NCBI GenBank assembly: GCA_965178125.1
Contig: OZ237739.1
Coordinates: 434,001-498,000, forward strand
Origin: Bilabrum cf. latius
Taxonomy: Eukaryota
DNA length: 64,000 bases
Direction of reading: 5' to 3'
The notes below the pieces were generated by a model. The model did not search any database. It was not told where the DNA came from and worked only from the letters and a program-made list of their open reading frames with translations. Of this stretch, positions 37,901 through 50,100 are shown in pieces (the first letter of the stretch is position 1; each line of letters begins with the position of its first letter). A program made the position numbers and the translations under genes.

Positions 37901-40900
37901 CGTCGGCCAGCGACGCAGACCCGCCTGCCACCAGCGACCCGTTCACCCACACGCGACCCACAGAGTACACCGGAGCCCCCGTGGCCGTCAAGCTCACGTT
38001 CGCCAGCACCGAGTCCGCGACCACCACGTCAAACACAGACGCGCCCGCCGACGCGATGGGCCGCAGCACAGTCGAGAACAACAGAGAGTCCCCGCCGTCC
38101 ACGTCAGACAGCACCGACGGAAGCAACACATCCGGCCGAGACAGGCCCTGCCCCGCCACCGTCAAAGTCACGCTCGAGTTCGTCACGGCAGGCACCACGT
38201 CCAAGCTAGACACAGACGCGATCACGCTAGACGTCGACCCGGCCGCCGCGTCCCGAAGCACGCGCCCGCCCACCACCACCTCGATGGACTCGCTCACGCC
38301 ATCCAGCGTGTCGTTGTTCACCATCGTGCACGGCCCGATCACCACCTCGCCCGTGCTGGCGTTCACGCTCGCGTGCGGCGCGCTGCCCAGCAGAGACAGT
38401 GGCGTCACCAGCACGCCGCCGCACACCACGCGCAGCTTCGTCAGAGACGGCCCGCTCACGGACACCACCGAGATGCTCGCAGGGTCCAGCACGCCGTCGG
38501 GCCCGCCAGGACGCACGCGGATCACCACGTCCCTCGCCGTGCCCGCTGGCAATGCGGCGGCCACCACCACCTCCACCGACTGGCCGCCCACCACGCTCGA
38601 CGGACTCAGCGACGAGCTCAGGCTGCTGTCCGGCGTGCGCGCGTACATCTGCACCGCAGGATCCGCGTGCTGCATCAGCACATCCGCCTCCGCTGCCACG
38701 CTCGCGTTGCGGGAGTCGCCCACATCGGGGTGCGACCACCACCGGGCAGACAGGCTCGCGTTCACGCTGCCGCCAAGGTCGATGCTCGGCAGAAGCTCCA
38801 CCTCCACCACCACCGACAACGAGTCGCCCACGTCCAGCCGAGGCCACACGATCACCGCGCCTGCAAGGCTGTCCGCAGACACCCCGGATGCCGACGCAGA
38901 TGCCGCGTCCGCTCCCGCGCGACGAGACCCGCCCTCGCTCCACGCCGGCTGCACCACGCCGTTCACCCACACGCCAGACACCACATACCTGCCGTCCAGC
39001 AGCGTCGAGTCCAGCAGCGTCACGTTGAACACAGACGCGGCCGATCCGCCCGCATGCCCCACCGTCATGGTGAAGTTCAGCTTGTCGCCGCCGTCCGTGT
39101 CCGTGAAGGCCACCGGGCTCACGCCGGGCGCTGCCAAAGACCCCTCCGATACCGTCAGCGTCACCACGCGAGACACGGCCTCGCCGCCGCTCAGGTCAGA
39201 CCCAGACACAGACGCCGTCGCATCCACGCCCACGCCGCCCTGCGCCGCCGCCGTGTTGCGGACCACGCCGCGCAGCACGATCTCCACGCCCTCCACAGTC
39301 AGCCCGTTGTCCGTGCCGGCGTTCGTCACGTCGCCCAGCTGCACCGTCGCCGTGCCGGCCGCCCCGTCCACGCTCCAGTGGGACGAGTTCAGGCCGCTCA
39401 GCGCGCCCGATCCGCCCGCAAGCGACGACGTCACGTTCGACCCGGACCCTGCCGTGGCTCGCACAGACACCACCTCCAGCAGCTCCAGCACGTCCGCTCG
39501 AGACAGGCTCACGCTCACCGACGACCCCACCAGAGTGCCTTCCGCAAGCTACAGCACCGCCGTCAGCTCCACCACCTGCCCCACCGCCACGCGCCCGGGA
39601 CCCGCCACACTAGGATCCTCCACGCTCGCGTTCCACACCAATCCAGGACCAGGCACTGACACGGCCGTCGACACAGGCGCCTCGGAGCTCTCGTTCCGGC
39701 TCACCCCGTACGAGCTGCCCACCACCGGGTGCGAGCTCCACTCCACCCGCACGTCCGTTGGCACCGTCGTGCCAGATGCAGCCGCGTCCGTCAGACGCAC
39801 GCGGTACACCAGCACAGAGCTGCTCACCACAGACTCCAACACGGCCCACTCGCCGCTCGTGCTGTGCCCGATCACCGACCCGCTCGTCTCGCGGCTGTAC
39901 CGCTCCGTCCCGTCCACCACCACAGACTCCACCACGTACGACGGGCCCGGCAGCGACGCGTCCACCAGCCGCACCCAGTACGCCTGGTTGTATCCCGCGC
40001 CCTGCGTCGCGTTCACTACCACCACCATCTGCACCACGTCGCCTCCGTCGCCCACCGCGCTGGCAGGACTCACAGACACAGACACATCCGGCTCCAGCAC
40101 AGACAGGCTCGCCGACTCGGAGCTCATCGTCTCCTGCGTCACGAATGCCGCATCCACATCGATGCTGGCCCCGCGAGACACAGCGCTCACGTTCTCCACG
40201 GTCGCCTCCAGCACCACCTCCAGGATCTCCCCGGCGCCAGACACGCCCACGTCCCGGTCCACATTGCGCAGCACGCACAGAGGCGCCCGGTACCACGACG
40301 CCAATGGACCGCCCAGACGCACCACAGACAGCCCGGACAGGTCATCCAGATACGACTGCACGCCAGACCCGCCCGACCCCACACCGCTGCAGCTCGACAC
40401 CAGCACGCTGCTCGGCGACGAGTCAGTGCTGCCGTTCACCACCACGCGAGCCGACACCACCCGACGCAGACCGAGACCACTCACAAGCGACGATCCCGGC
40501 ACAGACACGTTCAGCACCGCATCGCTCATGCGGGCTTCCGGCAGCGCCACGCTCACGTTCACAGTCACCACGCTGCCCACCACCACGTCCAGGCCGCCAG
40601 ATGTCGCGCCGTCCGAAGACACAGACAGGCTCAACGATGGCGACCCCACGCTCAGCGACGATGCAGACGTGGTCGATACCACGGACTCGTTTCGGGACTC
40701 AGACGGGCTGGGATGGCTGCCCCACCGCACGCTCACGAAAGGCACAGGGTACGATGCCCCGGCCTCCACGTCCGACGACACAAGCACCTCCCACTACACG
40801 GCCAGCACCTGACCCGCTCCCACCTCGCTCAGCACAAGCACCGCGTCGGCCAGCGACGCAGACCCGCCTGCCACCAGCGACCCGTTCACCCACACGCGAC

Positions 40901-41100
40901 CCACAGAGTACACCGGAGCCCCCGTGGCCGTCAAGCTCACGTTCGCCAGCACCGAGTCCGCGACCACCACGTCAAACACAGACGCGCCCGCCGACGCGAC
41001 GGGCCGCAGCACAGTCGAGAACAACAGAGAGTCCCCGCCGTCCACGTCAGATAGCACCGACGGAAGCAACACATCCGGCCGAGACAGGCCCTGCCCCGCC
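23553..41100. repeat. Dimeric higher-order repeat (5886 bp = 2 units) within the array; boundaries approximate
   Basis: Diagnostic SNPs gtccgtTggc (~25331, 31217, 33873, 39759), ctcacAagc (~26057, 31943, 34599, 40485) and cccactAca (26368, 34910, 40796) occur in alternate units. Confidence 0.8.
31968..32167. other. Assembly gap (200 N, placeholder length)
   Basis: Run of exactly 200 N; repeat phase and reading frame shift across it. Confidence 0.99.
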
Positions 41101-44100
41101 ACCGTCAAAGTCACGCTCGAGTTCGTCACGGCAGGCACCACGTCCAAGCTAGACACAGACGCGATCACGCTAGACGTCGACCCGGCCGCCGCGTCCCGAA
41201 GCACGCGCCCGCCCACCACCACCTCGATGGACTCGCTCACGCCATCCAGCGTGTCGTTGTTCACCATCGTGCACGGCCCGATCACCACCTCGCCCGTGCT
41301 GGCGTTCACGCTCGCGTGCGGCGCGCTGCCCAGCAGAGACAGTGGCGTCACCAGCACGCCGCCGCACACCACGCGCAGCTTCGTCAGAGACGGCCCGCTC
41401 ACGGACACCACCGAGATGCTCGCAGGGTCCAGCACGCCGTCGGGCCCGCCAGGACGCACGCGGATCACCACGTCCCTCGCCGTGCCCGCTGGCAATGCGG
41501 CGGCCACCACCACCTCCACCGACTGGCCGCCCACCACGCTCGACGGACTCAGCGACGAGCTCAGGCTGCTGTCCGGCGTGCGCGCGTACATCTGCACCGC
41601 AGGATCCGCGTGCTGCATCAGCACATCCGCCTCCGCTGCCACGCTCGCGTTGCGGGAGTCGCCCACATCGGGGTGCGACCACCACCGGGCAGACAGGCTC
41701 GCGTTCACGCTGCCGCCAAGGTCGATGCTCGGCAGAAGCTCCACCTCCACCACCACCGACAACGAGTCGCCCACGTCCAGCCGAGGCCACACGATCACCG
41801 CGCCTGCAAGGCTGTCCGCAGACACCCCGGATGCCGACGCAGATGCCGCGTCCGCTCCCGCGCGACGAGACCCGCCCTCGCTCCACGCCGGCTGCACCAC
41901 GCCGTTCACCCACACGCCAGACACCACATACCTGCCGTCCAGCAGCGTCGAGTCCAGCAGCGTCACGTTGAACACAGACGCGGCCGATCCGCCCGCATGC
42001 CCCACCGTCATGGTGAAGTTCAGCTTGTCGCCGCCGTCCGTGTCCGTGAAGGCCACCGGGCTCACGCCGGGCGCTGCCAAAGACCCCTCCGATACCGTCA
42101 GCGTCACCACGCGAGACACGGCCTCGCCGCCGCTCAGGTCAGACCCAGACACAGACGCCGTCGCATCCACGCCCACGCCGCCCTGCGCCGCCGCCGTGTT
42201 GCGGACCACGCCGCGCAGCACGATCTCCACGCCCTCCACAGTCAGCCCGTTGTCCGTGCCGGCGTTCGTCACGTCGCCCAGCTGCACCGTCGCCGTGCCG
42301 GCCGCCCCGTCCACGCTCCAGTGGGACGAGTTCAGGCCGCTCAGCGCGCCCGATCCGCCCGCAAGCGACGACGTCACGTTCGACCCGGACCCTGCCGTGG
42401 CTCGCACTGACACCACCTCCAGCAGCTCCAGCACGTCCGCTCGAGACAGGCTCACGCTCACCGACGACCCCACCAGAGTGCCTTCCGCAAGCTACAGCAC
42501 CGCCGTCAGCTCCACCACCTGCCCCACCGCCACGCGCCCGGGACCCGCCACACTAGGATCCTCCACGCTCGCGTTCCACACCAATCCAGGACCAGGCACT
42601 GACACGGCCGTCGACACAGGCGCCTCGGAGCTCTCGTTCCGGCTCACCCCGTACGAGCTGCCCACCACCGGGTGCGAGCTCCACTCCACCCGCACGTCCG
42701 TCGGCACCGTCGTGCCAGATGCAGCCGCGTCCGTCAGACGCACGCGGTACACCAGCACAGAGCTGCTCACCACAGACTCCAACACGGCCCACTCGCCGCT
42801 CGTGCTGTGCCCGATCACCGACCCGCTCGTCTCGCGGTTGTACCGCTCCGTCCCGTCCACCACCACAGACTCCACCACGTACGACGGGCCCGGCAGCGAC
42901 GCGTCCACCAGCCGCACCCAGTACGCCTGGTTGTATCCCGCGCCCTGCGTCGCGTTCACTACCACCACCATCTGCACCACGTCGCCTCCGTCGCCCACCG
43001 CGCTGGCAGGACTCACAGACACAGACACATCCGGCTCCAGCACAGACAGGCTCGCCGACTCGGAGCTCATCGTCTCCTGCGTCACGAATGCCGCATCCAC
43101 ATCGATGCTGGCCCCGCGAGACACAGCGCTCACGTTCTCCACGGTCGCCTCCAGCACCACCTCCAGGATCTCCCCGGCGCCAGACACGCCCACGTCCCGG
43201 TCCACATTGCGCAGCACGCACAGAGGCGCCCGGTACCACGACGCCAATGGACCGCCCAGACGCACCACAGACAGCCCGGACAGGTCATCCAGATACGACT
43301 GCACGCCAGACCCGCCCGACCCCACACCGCTGCAGCTCGACACCAGCACGCTGCTCGGCGACGAGTCAGTGCTGCCGTTCACCACCACGCGAGCCGACAC
43401 CACCCGACGCAGACCGAGACCACTCACCAGCGACGATCCCGGCACAGACACGTTCAGCACCGCATCGCTCATGCGGGCTTCCGGCAGAGCCACGCTCACG
43501 TTCACAGTCACCACGCTGCCCACCACCACGTCCAGGCCGCCAGATGTCGCGCCGTCCGAAGACACAGACAGGCTCAACGATGGCGACCCCACGCTCAGCG
43601 ACGATGCAGACGTGGTCGATACCACGGACTCGTTTCGGGACTCAGACGGGCTGGGATGGCTGCCCCACCGCACGCTCACGAAAGGCACAGGGTACGATGC
43701 CCCGGCCTCCACGTCCGACGACACAAGCACCTCCCACTGCACGGCCAGCACCTGACCCGCTCCCACCTCGCTCAGCACAAGCACCGCGTCGGCCAGCGAC
43801 GCAGACCCGCCTGCCACCAGCGACCCGTTCACCCACACGCGACCCACAGAGTACACCGGAGCCCCCGTGGCCGTCAAGCTCACGTTCGCCAGCACCGAGT
43901 CCGCGACCACCACGTCAAACACAGACGCGCCCGCCGACGCGATGGGCCGCAGCACAGTCGAGAACAACAGAGAGTCCCCGCCGTCCACGTCAGACAGCAC
44001 CGACGGAAGCAACACATCCGGCCGAGACAGGCCCTGCCCCGCCACCGTCAAAGTCACGCTCGAGTTCGTCACGGCAGGCACCACGTCCAAGCTAGACACA

Positions 44101-47100
44101 GACGCGATCACGCTAGACGTCGACCCGGCCGCCGCGTCCCGAAGCACGCGCCCGCCCACCACCACCTCGATGGACTCGCTCACGCTATCCAGCGTGTCGT
44201 TGTTCACCATCGTGCACGGCCCGATCACCACCTCGCCCGTGCTGGCGTTCACGCTCGCGTGCGGCGCGCTGCCCAGCAGAGACAGTGGCGTCACCAGCAC
44301 GCCGCCGCACACCACGCGCAGCTTCGTCAGAGACGGCCCGCTCACGGACACCACCGAGATGCTCGCAGGGTCCAGCACGCCGTCGGGCCCGCCAGGACGC
44401 ACGCGGATCACCACGTCCCTCGCCGTGCCCGCTGGCAATGCGGCGGCCACCACCACCTCCACCGACTGGCCGCCCACCACGCTCGACGGACTCAGCGACG
44501 AGCTCAGGCTGCTGTCCGGCGTGCGCGCGTACATCTGCACCGCAGGATCCGCGTGCTGCATCAGCACATCTGCCTCCGCTGCCACGCTCGCGTTGCGGGA
44601 GTCGCCCACATCGGGGTGCGACCACCACCGGGCAGACAGGCTCGCGTTCACGCTGCCGCCAAGGTCGATGCTCGGCAGAAGCTCCACCTCCACCACCACC
44701 GACAACGAGTCGCCCACGTCCAGCCGAGGCCACACGATCACCGCGCATGCAAGGCTGTCCGCAGACACCCCGGATGCCGACGCAGATGCCGCGTCCGCTC
44801 CCGCGCGACGAGACCCGCCCTCGCTCCACGCCGGCTGCACCACGCCGTTCACCCACACGCCAGACACCACATACCTGCCGTCCAGCAGCGTCGAGTCCAG
44901 CAGCGTCACGTTGAACACAGACGCGGCCGATCCGCCCGCATGCCCCACCGTCATGGTGAAGTTCAGCTTGTCGCCGCCGTCCGTGTCCGTGAAGGCCACC
45001 GGGCTCACGCCGGGCGCTGCCAAAGACCCCTCTGATACCGTCAGCCTCACCACGCGAGACACGGCCTCGCCGCCGCTCAGGTCAGACCCAGACACAGACG
45101 CCGTCGCATCCACGCCCACGCCGCCCTGCGCCGCCGCCGTGTTGCGGACCACGCCGCGCAGCACGATCTCCACGCCCTCCACAGTCAGCCCGTTGTCCGT
45201 GCCGGCGTTCGTCACGTCGCCCAGCTGCACCGTCGCCGTGCCGGCCGCCCCGTCCACGCTCCAGTGGGACGAGTTCAGACCGCTCAGCGCGCCCGATCCG
45301 CCCGCAAGCGACGACGTCACGTTCGACCCGGACCCTGCCGTGGCTCGCACAGACACCACCTCCAGCAGCTCCAGCACGTCCGCTCGAGACAGGCTCACGC
45401 TCACCGACGACCCCACCAGAGTGCCTTCCGCAAGCTACAGCACCGCCGTCAGCTCCACCACCTGCCCCACCGCCACGCGCCCGGGACCCGCCACACTAGG
45501 ATCCTCCACGCTCGCGTTCCACACCAATCCAGGGCCAGGCACTGACACGGCCGTCGACACAGGCGCCTCGGAGCTCTCGTTCCGGCTCACCCCGTACGAG
45601 CTGCCCACCACCGGGTGCGAGCTCCACTCCACCCGCACGTCCGTCGGCACCGTCGTGCCAGATGCAGCCGCGTCCGTCAGACGCACGCGGTACACCAGCA
45701 CAGAGCTGCTCACCACAGACTCCAACACGGCCCACTCGCCGCTCGTGCTGTGCCCGATCACCGACCCGCTCGTCTCGCGGCTGTACCGCTCCGTCCCGTC
45801 CACCACCACAGACTCCACCACGTACGACGGGCCCGGCAGCGACGCGTCCACCAGCCGCACCCAGTACGCCTGGTTGTATCCCGCGCCCTGCGTCGCGTTC
45901 ACTACCACCACCATCTGCACCACGTCGCCTCCGTCGCCCACCGCGCTGGCAGGACTCACAGACACAGACACATCCGGCTCCAGCACAGACAGGCTCGCCG
46001 ACTCGGAGCTCATCGTCTCCTGCGTCACGAATGCCGCATCCACATCGATGCTGGCCCCGCGAGACACAGCGCTCACGTTCTCCACGGTCGCCTCCAGCAC
46101 CACCTCCAGGATCTCCCCGGCGCCAGACACGCCCACGTCCCGGTCCACATTGCGCAGCACGCACAGAGGCGCCCGGTACCACGACGCCAATGGACCGCCC
46201 AGACGCACCACAGACAGCCCGGACAGGTCATCCAGATACGACTGCACGCCAGACCCGCCCGACCCCACACCGCTGCAGCTCGACACCAGCACGCTGCTCG
46301 GCGACGAGTCAGTGCTGCCGTTCACCACCACGCGAGCCGACACCACCCGACGCAGACCGAGACCACTCACCAGCGACGATCCCGGCACAGACACGTTCAG
46401 CACCGCATCGCTCATGCGGGCTTCCGGCAGCGCCACGCTCACGTTCACAGTCACCACGCTGCCCACCACCACGTCCAGGCCGCCAGATGTCGCGCCGTCC
46501 GAAGACACAGACAGGCTCAACGATGGCGACCCCACGCTCAGCGACGATGCAGACGTGGTCGATACCACGGACTCGTTTCGGGACTCAGACGGGCTGGGAT
46601 GGCTGCCCCACCGCACGCTCACGAAAGGCACAGGGTACGATGCCCCGGCCTCCACGTCCGACGACACAAGCACCTCCCACTGCACGGCCAGCACCTGACC
46701 CGCTCCCACCTCGCTCAGCACAAGCACCGCGTCGGCCAGCGACGCAGACCCGCCTGCCACCAGCGACCCGTTCACCCACACGCGACCCACAGAGTACACC
46801 GGAGCCCCCGTGGCCGTCAAGCTCACGTTCGCCAGCACCGAGTCCGCGACCACCACGTCAAACACAGACGCGCCCGCCGACGCGACGGGCCGCAGCACAG
46901 TCGAGAACAACAGAGAGTCCCCGCCGTCCACGTCAGACAGCACCGACGGAAGCAACACATCCGGCCGAGACAGGCCCTGCCCCGCCACCGTCAAAGTCAC
47001 GCTCGAGTTCGTCACGGCAGGCACCACGTCCAAGCTAGACACAGACGCGATCACGCTAGACGTCGACCCGGCCGCCGCGTCCCGAAGCACGCGCCCGCCC

Positions 47101-50100
47101 ACCACCACCTCGATGGACTCGCTCACACCATCCAGCGTGTCGTTGTTCACCATCGTGCACGGCCCGATCACCACCTCGCCCGTGCTGGCGTTCACGCTCG
47201 CGTGCGGCGCGCTGCCCAGCAGAGACAGTGGCGTCACCAGCACGCCGCCGCACACCACGCGCAGCTTCGTCAGAGACGGCCCGCTCACGGACACCACCGA
47301 GATGCTCGCAGGGTCCAGCACGCCGTCGGGCCCGCCAGGACGCACGCGGATCACCACGTCCCTCGCCGTGCCCGCTGGCAATGCGGCGGCCACCACCACC
47401 TCCACCGACTGGCCGCCCACCACGCTCGACGGACTCAGCGACGAGCTCAGGCTGCTGTCCGGCGTGCGCGCGTACATCTGCACCGCAGGATCCGCGTGCT
47501 GCATCAGCACATCCGCCTCCGCTGCCACGCTCGCGTTGCGGGAGTCGCCCACATCGGGGTGCGACCACCACCGGGCAGACAGGCTCGCGTTCACGCTGCC
47601 GCCAAGGTCGATGCTCGGCAGAAGCTCCACCTCCACCACCACCGACAACGAGTCGCCCACGTCCAGCCGAGGCCACACGATCACCGTGCCTGCAAGGCTG
47701 TCCGACGACACCCCGGATGCCGACGCAGATGCCGCGTCCGCTCCCGCGCGACGAGACCCGCCCTCGCTCCACGCCGGCTGCACCACGCCGTTCACCCACA
47801 CGCCAGACACCACGTACCTGCCGTCCAGCAGCGTCGAGTCCAGCAGCGTCACGTTGAACACAGACGCGGCCGATCCGCCCGCATGCCCCACCGTCATGGT
47901 GAAGTTCAGCTTGTCGCCGCCGTCCGTGTCCGTGAAGGCCACGGGGCTCACGCCGGGCGCTGCCAAAGACCCCTCCGATACCGTCAGCGTCACCACGCGA
48001 GACACGGCCTCGCCGCCGCTCAGGTCAGACCCAGACACAGACGCCGTCGCATCCACGCCCACGCCGCCCTGCGCCGCCGCCGTGTTGCGGACCACGCCGC
48101 GCAGCACGATCTCCACGCCCTCCACAGTCAGCCCGTTGTCCGTGCCGGCGTTCGTCACGTCGCCCAGCTGCACCGTCGCCGTGCCGGCCGCCCCGTCCAC
48201 GCTCCAGTGGGACGAGTTCAGACCGCTCAGCGCGCCCGATCCGCCCGCAAGCGACGACGTCACGTTCGACCCGGACCCTGCCGTGGCTCGCACTGACACC
48301 ACCTCCAGCAGCTCCAGCACGTCCGCTCGAGACAGGCTCACGCTCACCGACGACCCCACCAGAGTGCCTTCCGCAAGCTACAGCACCGCCGTCAGCTCCA
48401 CCACCTGCCCCACCGCCACGCGCCCGGGACCCGCCACACTAGGATCCTCCACGCTCGCGTTCCACACCAATCCAGGACCAGGCACTGACACGGCCGTCGA
48501 CACAGGCGCCTCGGAGCTCTCGTTCCGGCTCACCCCGTACGAGCTGCCCACCACCGGGTGCGAGCTCCACTCCACCCGCACGTCCGTCGGCACCGTCGTG
48601 CCAGATGCAGCCGCGTCCGTCAGACGCACGCGGTACACCAGCACAGAGCTGCTCACCACAGACTCCAACACGGCCCACTCGCCGCTCGTGCTGTGCCCGA
48701 TCACCGACCCGCTCGTCTCGCGGTTGTACCGCTCCGTCCCGTCCACCACCACAGACTCCACCACGTACGACGGGCCCGGCAGCGACGCGTCCACCAGCCG
48801 CACCCAGTACGCCTGGTTGTATCCCGCGCCCTGCGTCGCGTTCACTACCACCACCATCTGCACCACGTCGCCTCCGTCGCCCACCGCGCTGGCAGGACTC
48901 ACAGACACAGACACATCCGGCTCCAGCACAGACAGGCTCGCCGACTCGGAGCTCATCGTCTCCTGCGTCACGAATGCCGCATCCACATCGATGCTGGCCC
49001 CGCGAGACACAGCGCTCACGTTCTCCACGGTCGCCTCCAGCACCACCTCCAGGATCTCCCCGGCGCCAGACACGCCCACGTCCCGGTCCACATTGCGCAG
49101 CACGCACAGAGGCGCCCGGTACCACGACGCCAATGGACCGCCCAGACGCACCACAGACAGCCCGGACAGGTCATCCAGATACGACTGCACGCCAGACCCG
49201 CCCGACCCCACACCGCTGCAGCTCGACACCAGCACGCTGCTCGGCGACGAGTCAGTGCTGCCGTTCACCACCACGCGAGCCGACACCACCCGACGCAGGC
49301 CAAGACCACTCACCAGCGACGATCCCGGTACAGACACGTTCAGCACCGCATCGCTCATGCGGGCTTCCGGCAGCGCCACGCTCACGTTCACAGTCACCAC
49401 GCTGCCCACCACCACGTCCAGGCCGCCAGATGTCGCGCCGTCCGAAGACACAGACAGGCTCAACGATGGCGACCCCACGCTCAGCGACGATGCAGACGTG
49501 GTCGATACCACGGACTCGTTCCGGGACTCAGACGGGCTGGGATGGCTGCCCCACCGCACGCTCACGAAAGGCACAGGGTACGATGCCCCGGCCTCCACGT
49601 CCGACGACACAAGCACCTCCCACTGCACGGCCAGCACCTGACCCGCTCCCACCTCGCTCAGCACAAGCACCGCGTCGGCCAGCGACGCAGACCCGCCTGC
49701 CACCAGCGACCCGTTCACCCACACGCGACCCACAGAGTACACCGGAGCCCCCGTGGCCGTCAAGCTCACGTTCGCCAGCACCGAGTCCGCAACCACCACG
49801 TCAAACACAGACGCGCCCGCCGACGCGACGGGCCGCAGCACAGTCGAGAACAACAGAGAGTCCCCGCCGTCCACGTCAGACAGCACCGACGGAAGCAACA
49901 CATCCGGCCGAGACAGGCCCTGCCCCGCCACCGTCAAAGTCACGCTCGAGTTCGTCACGGCAGGCACCACGTCCAAGCTAGACACAGACGCGATCACGCT
50001 AGACGTCGACCCGGCCGCCGCGTCCCGAAGCACGCGCCCGCCCACCACCACCTCGATGGACTCGCTCACGCCATCCAGCGTGTCGTTGTTCACCATCGTG

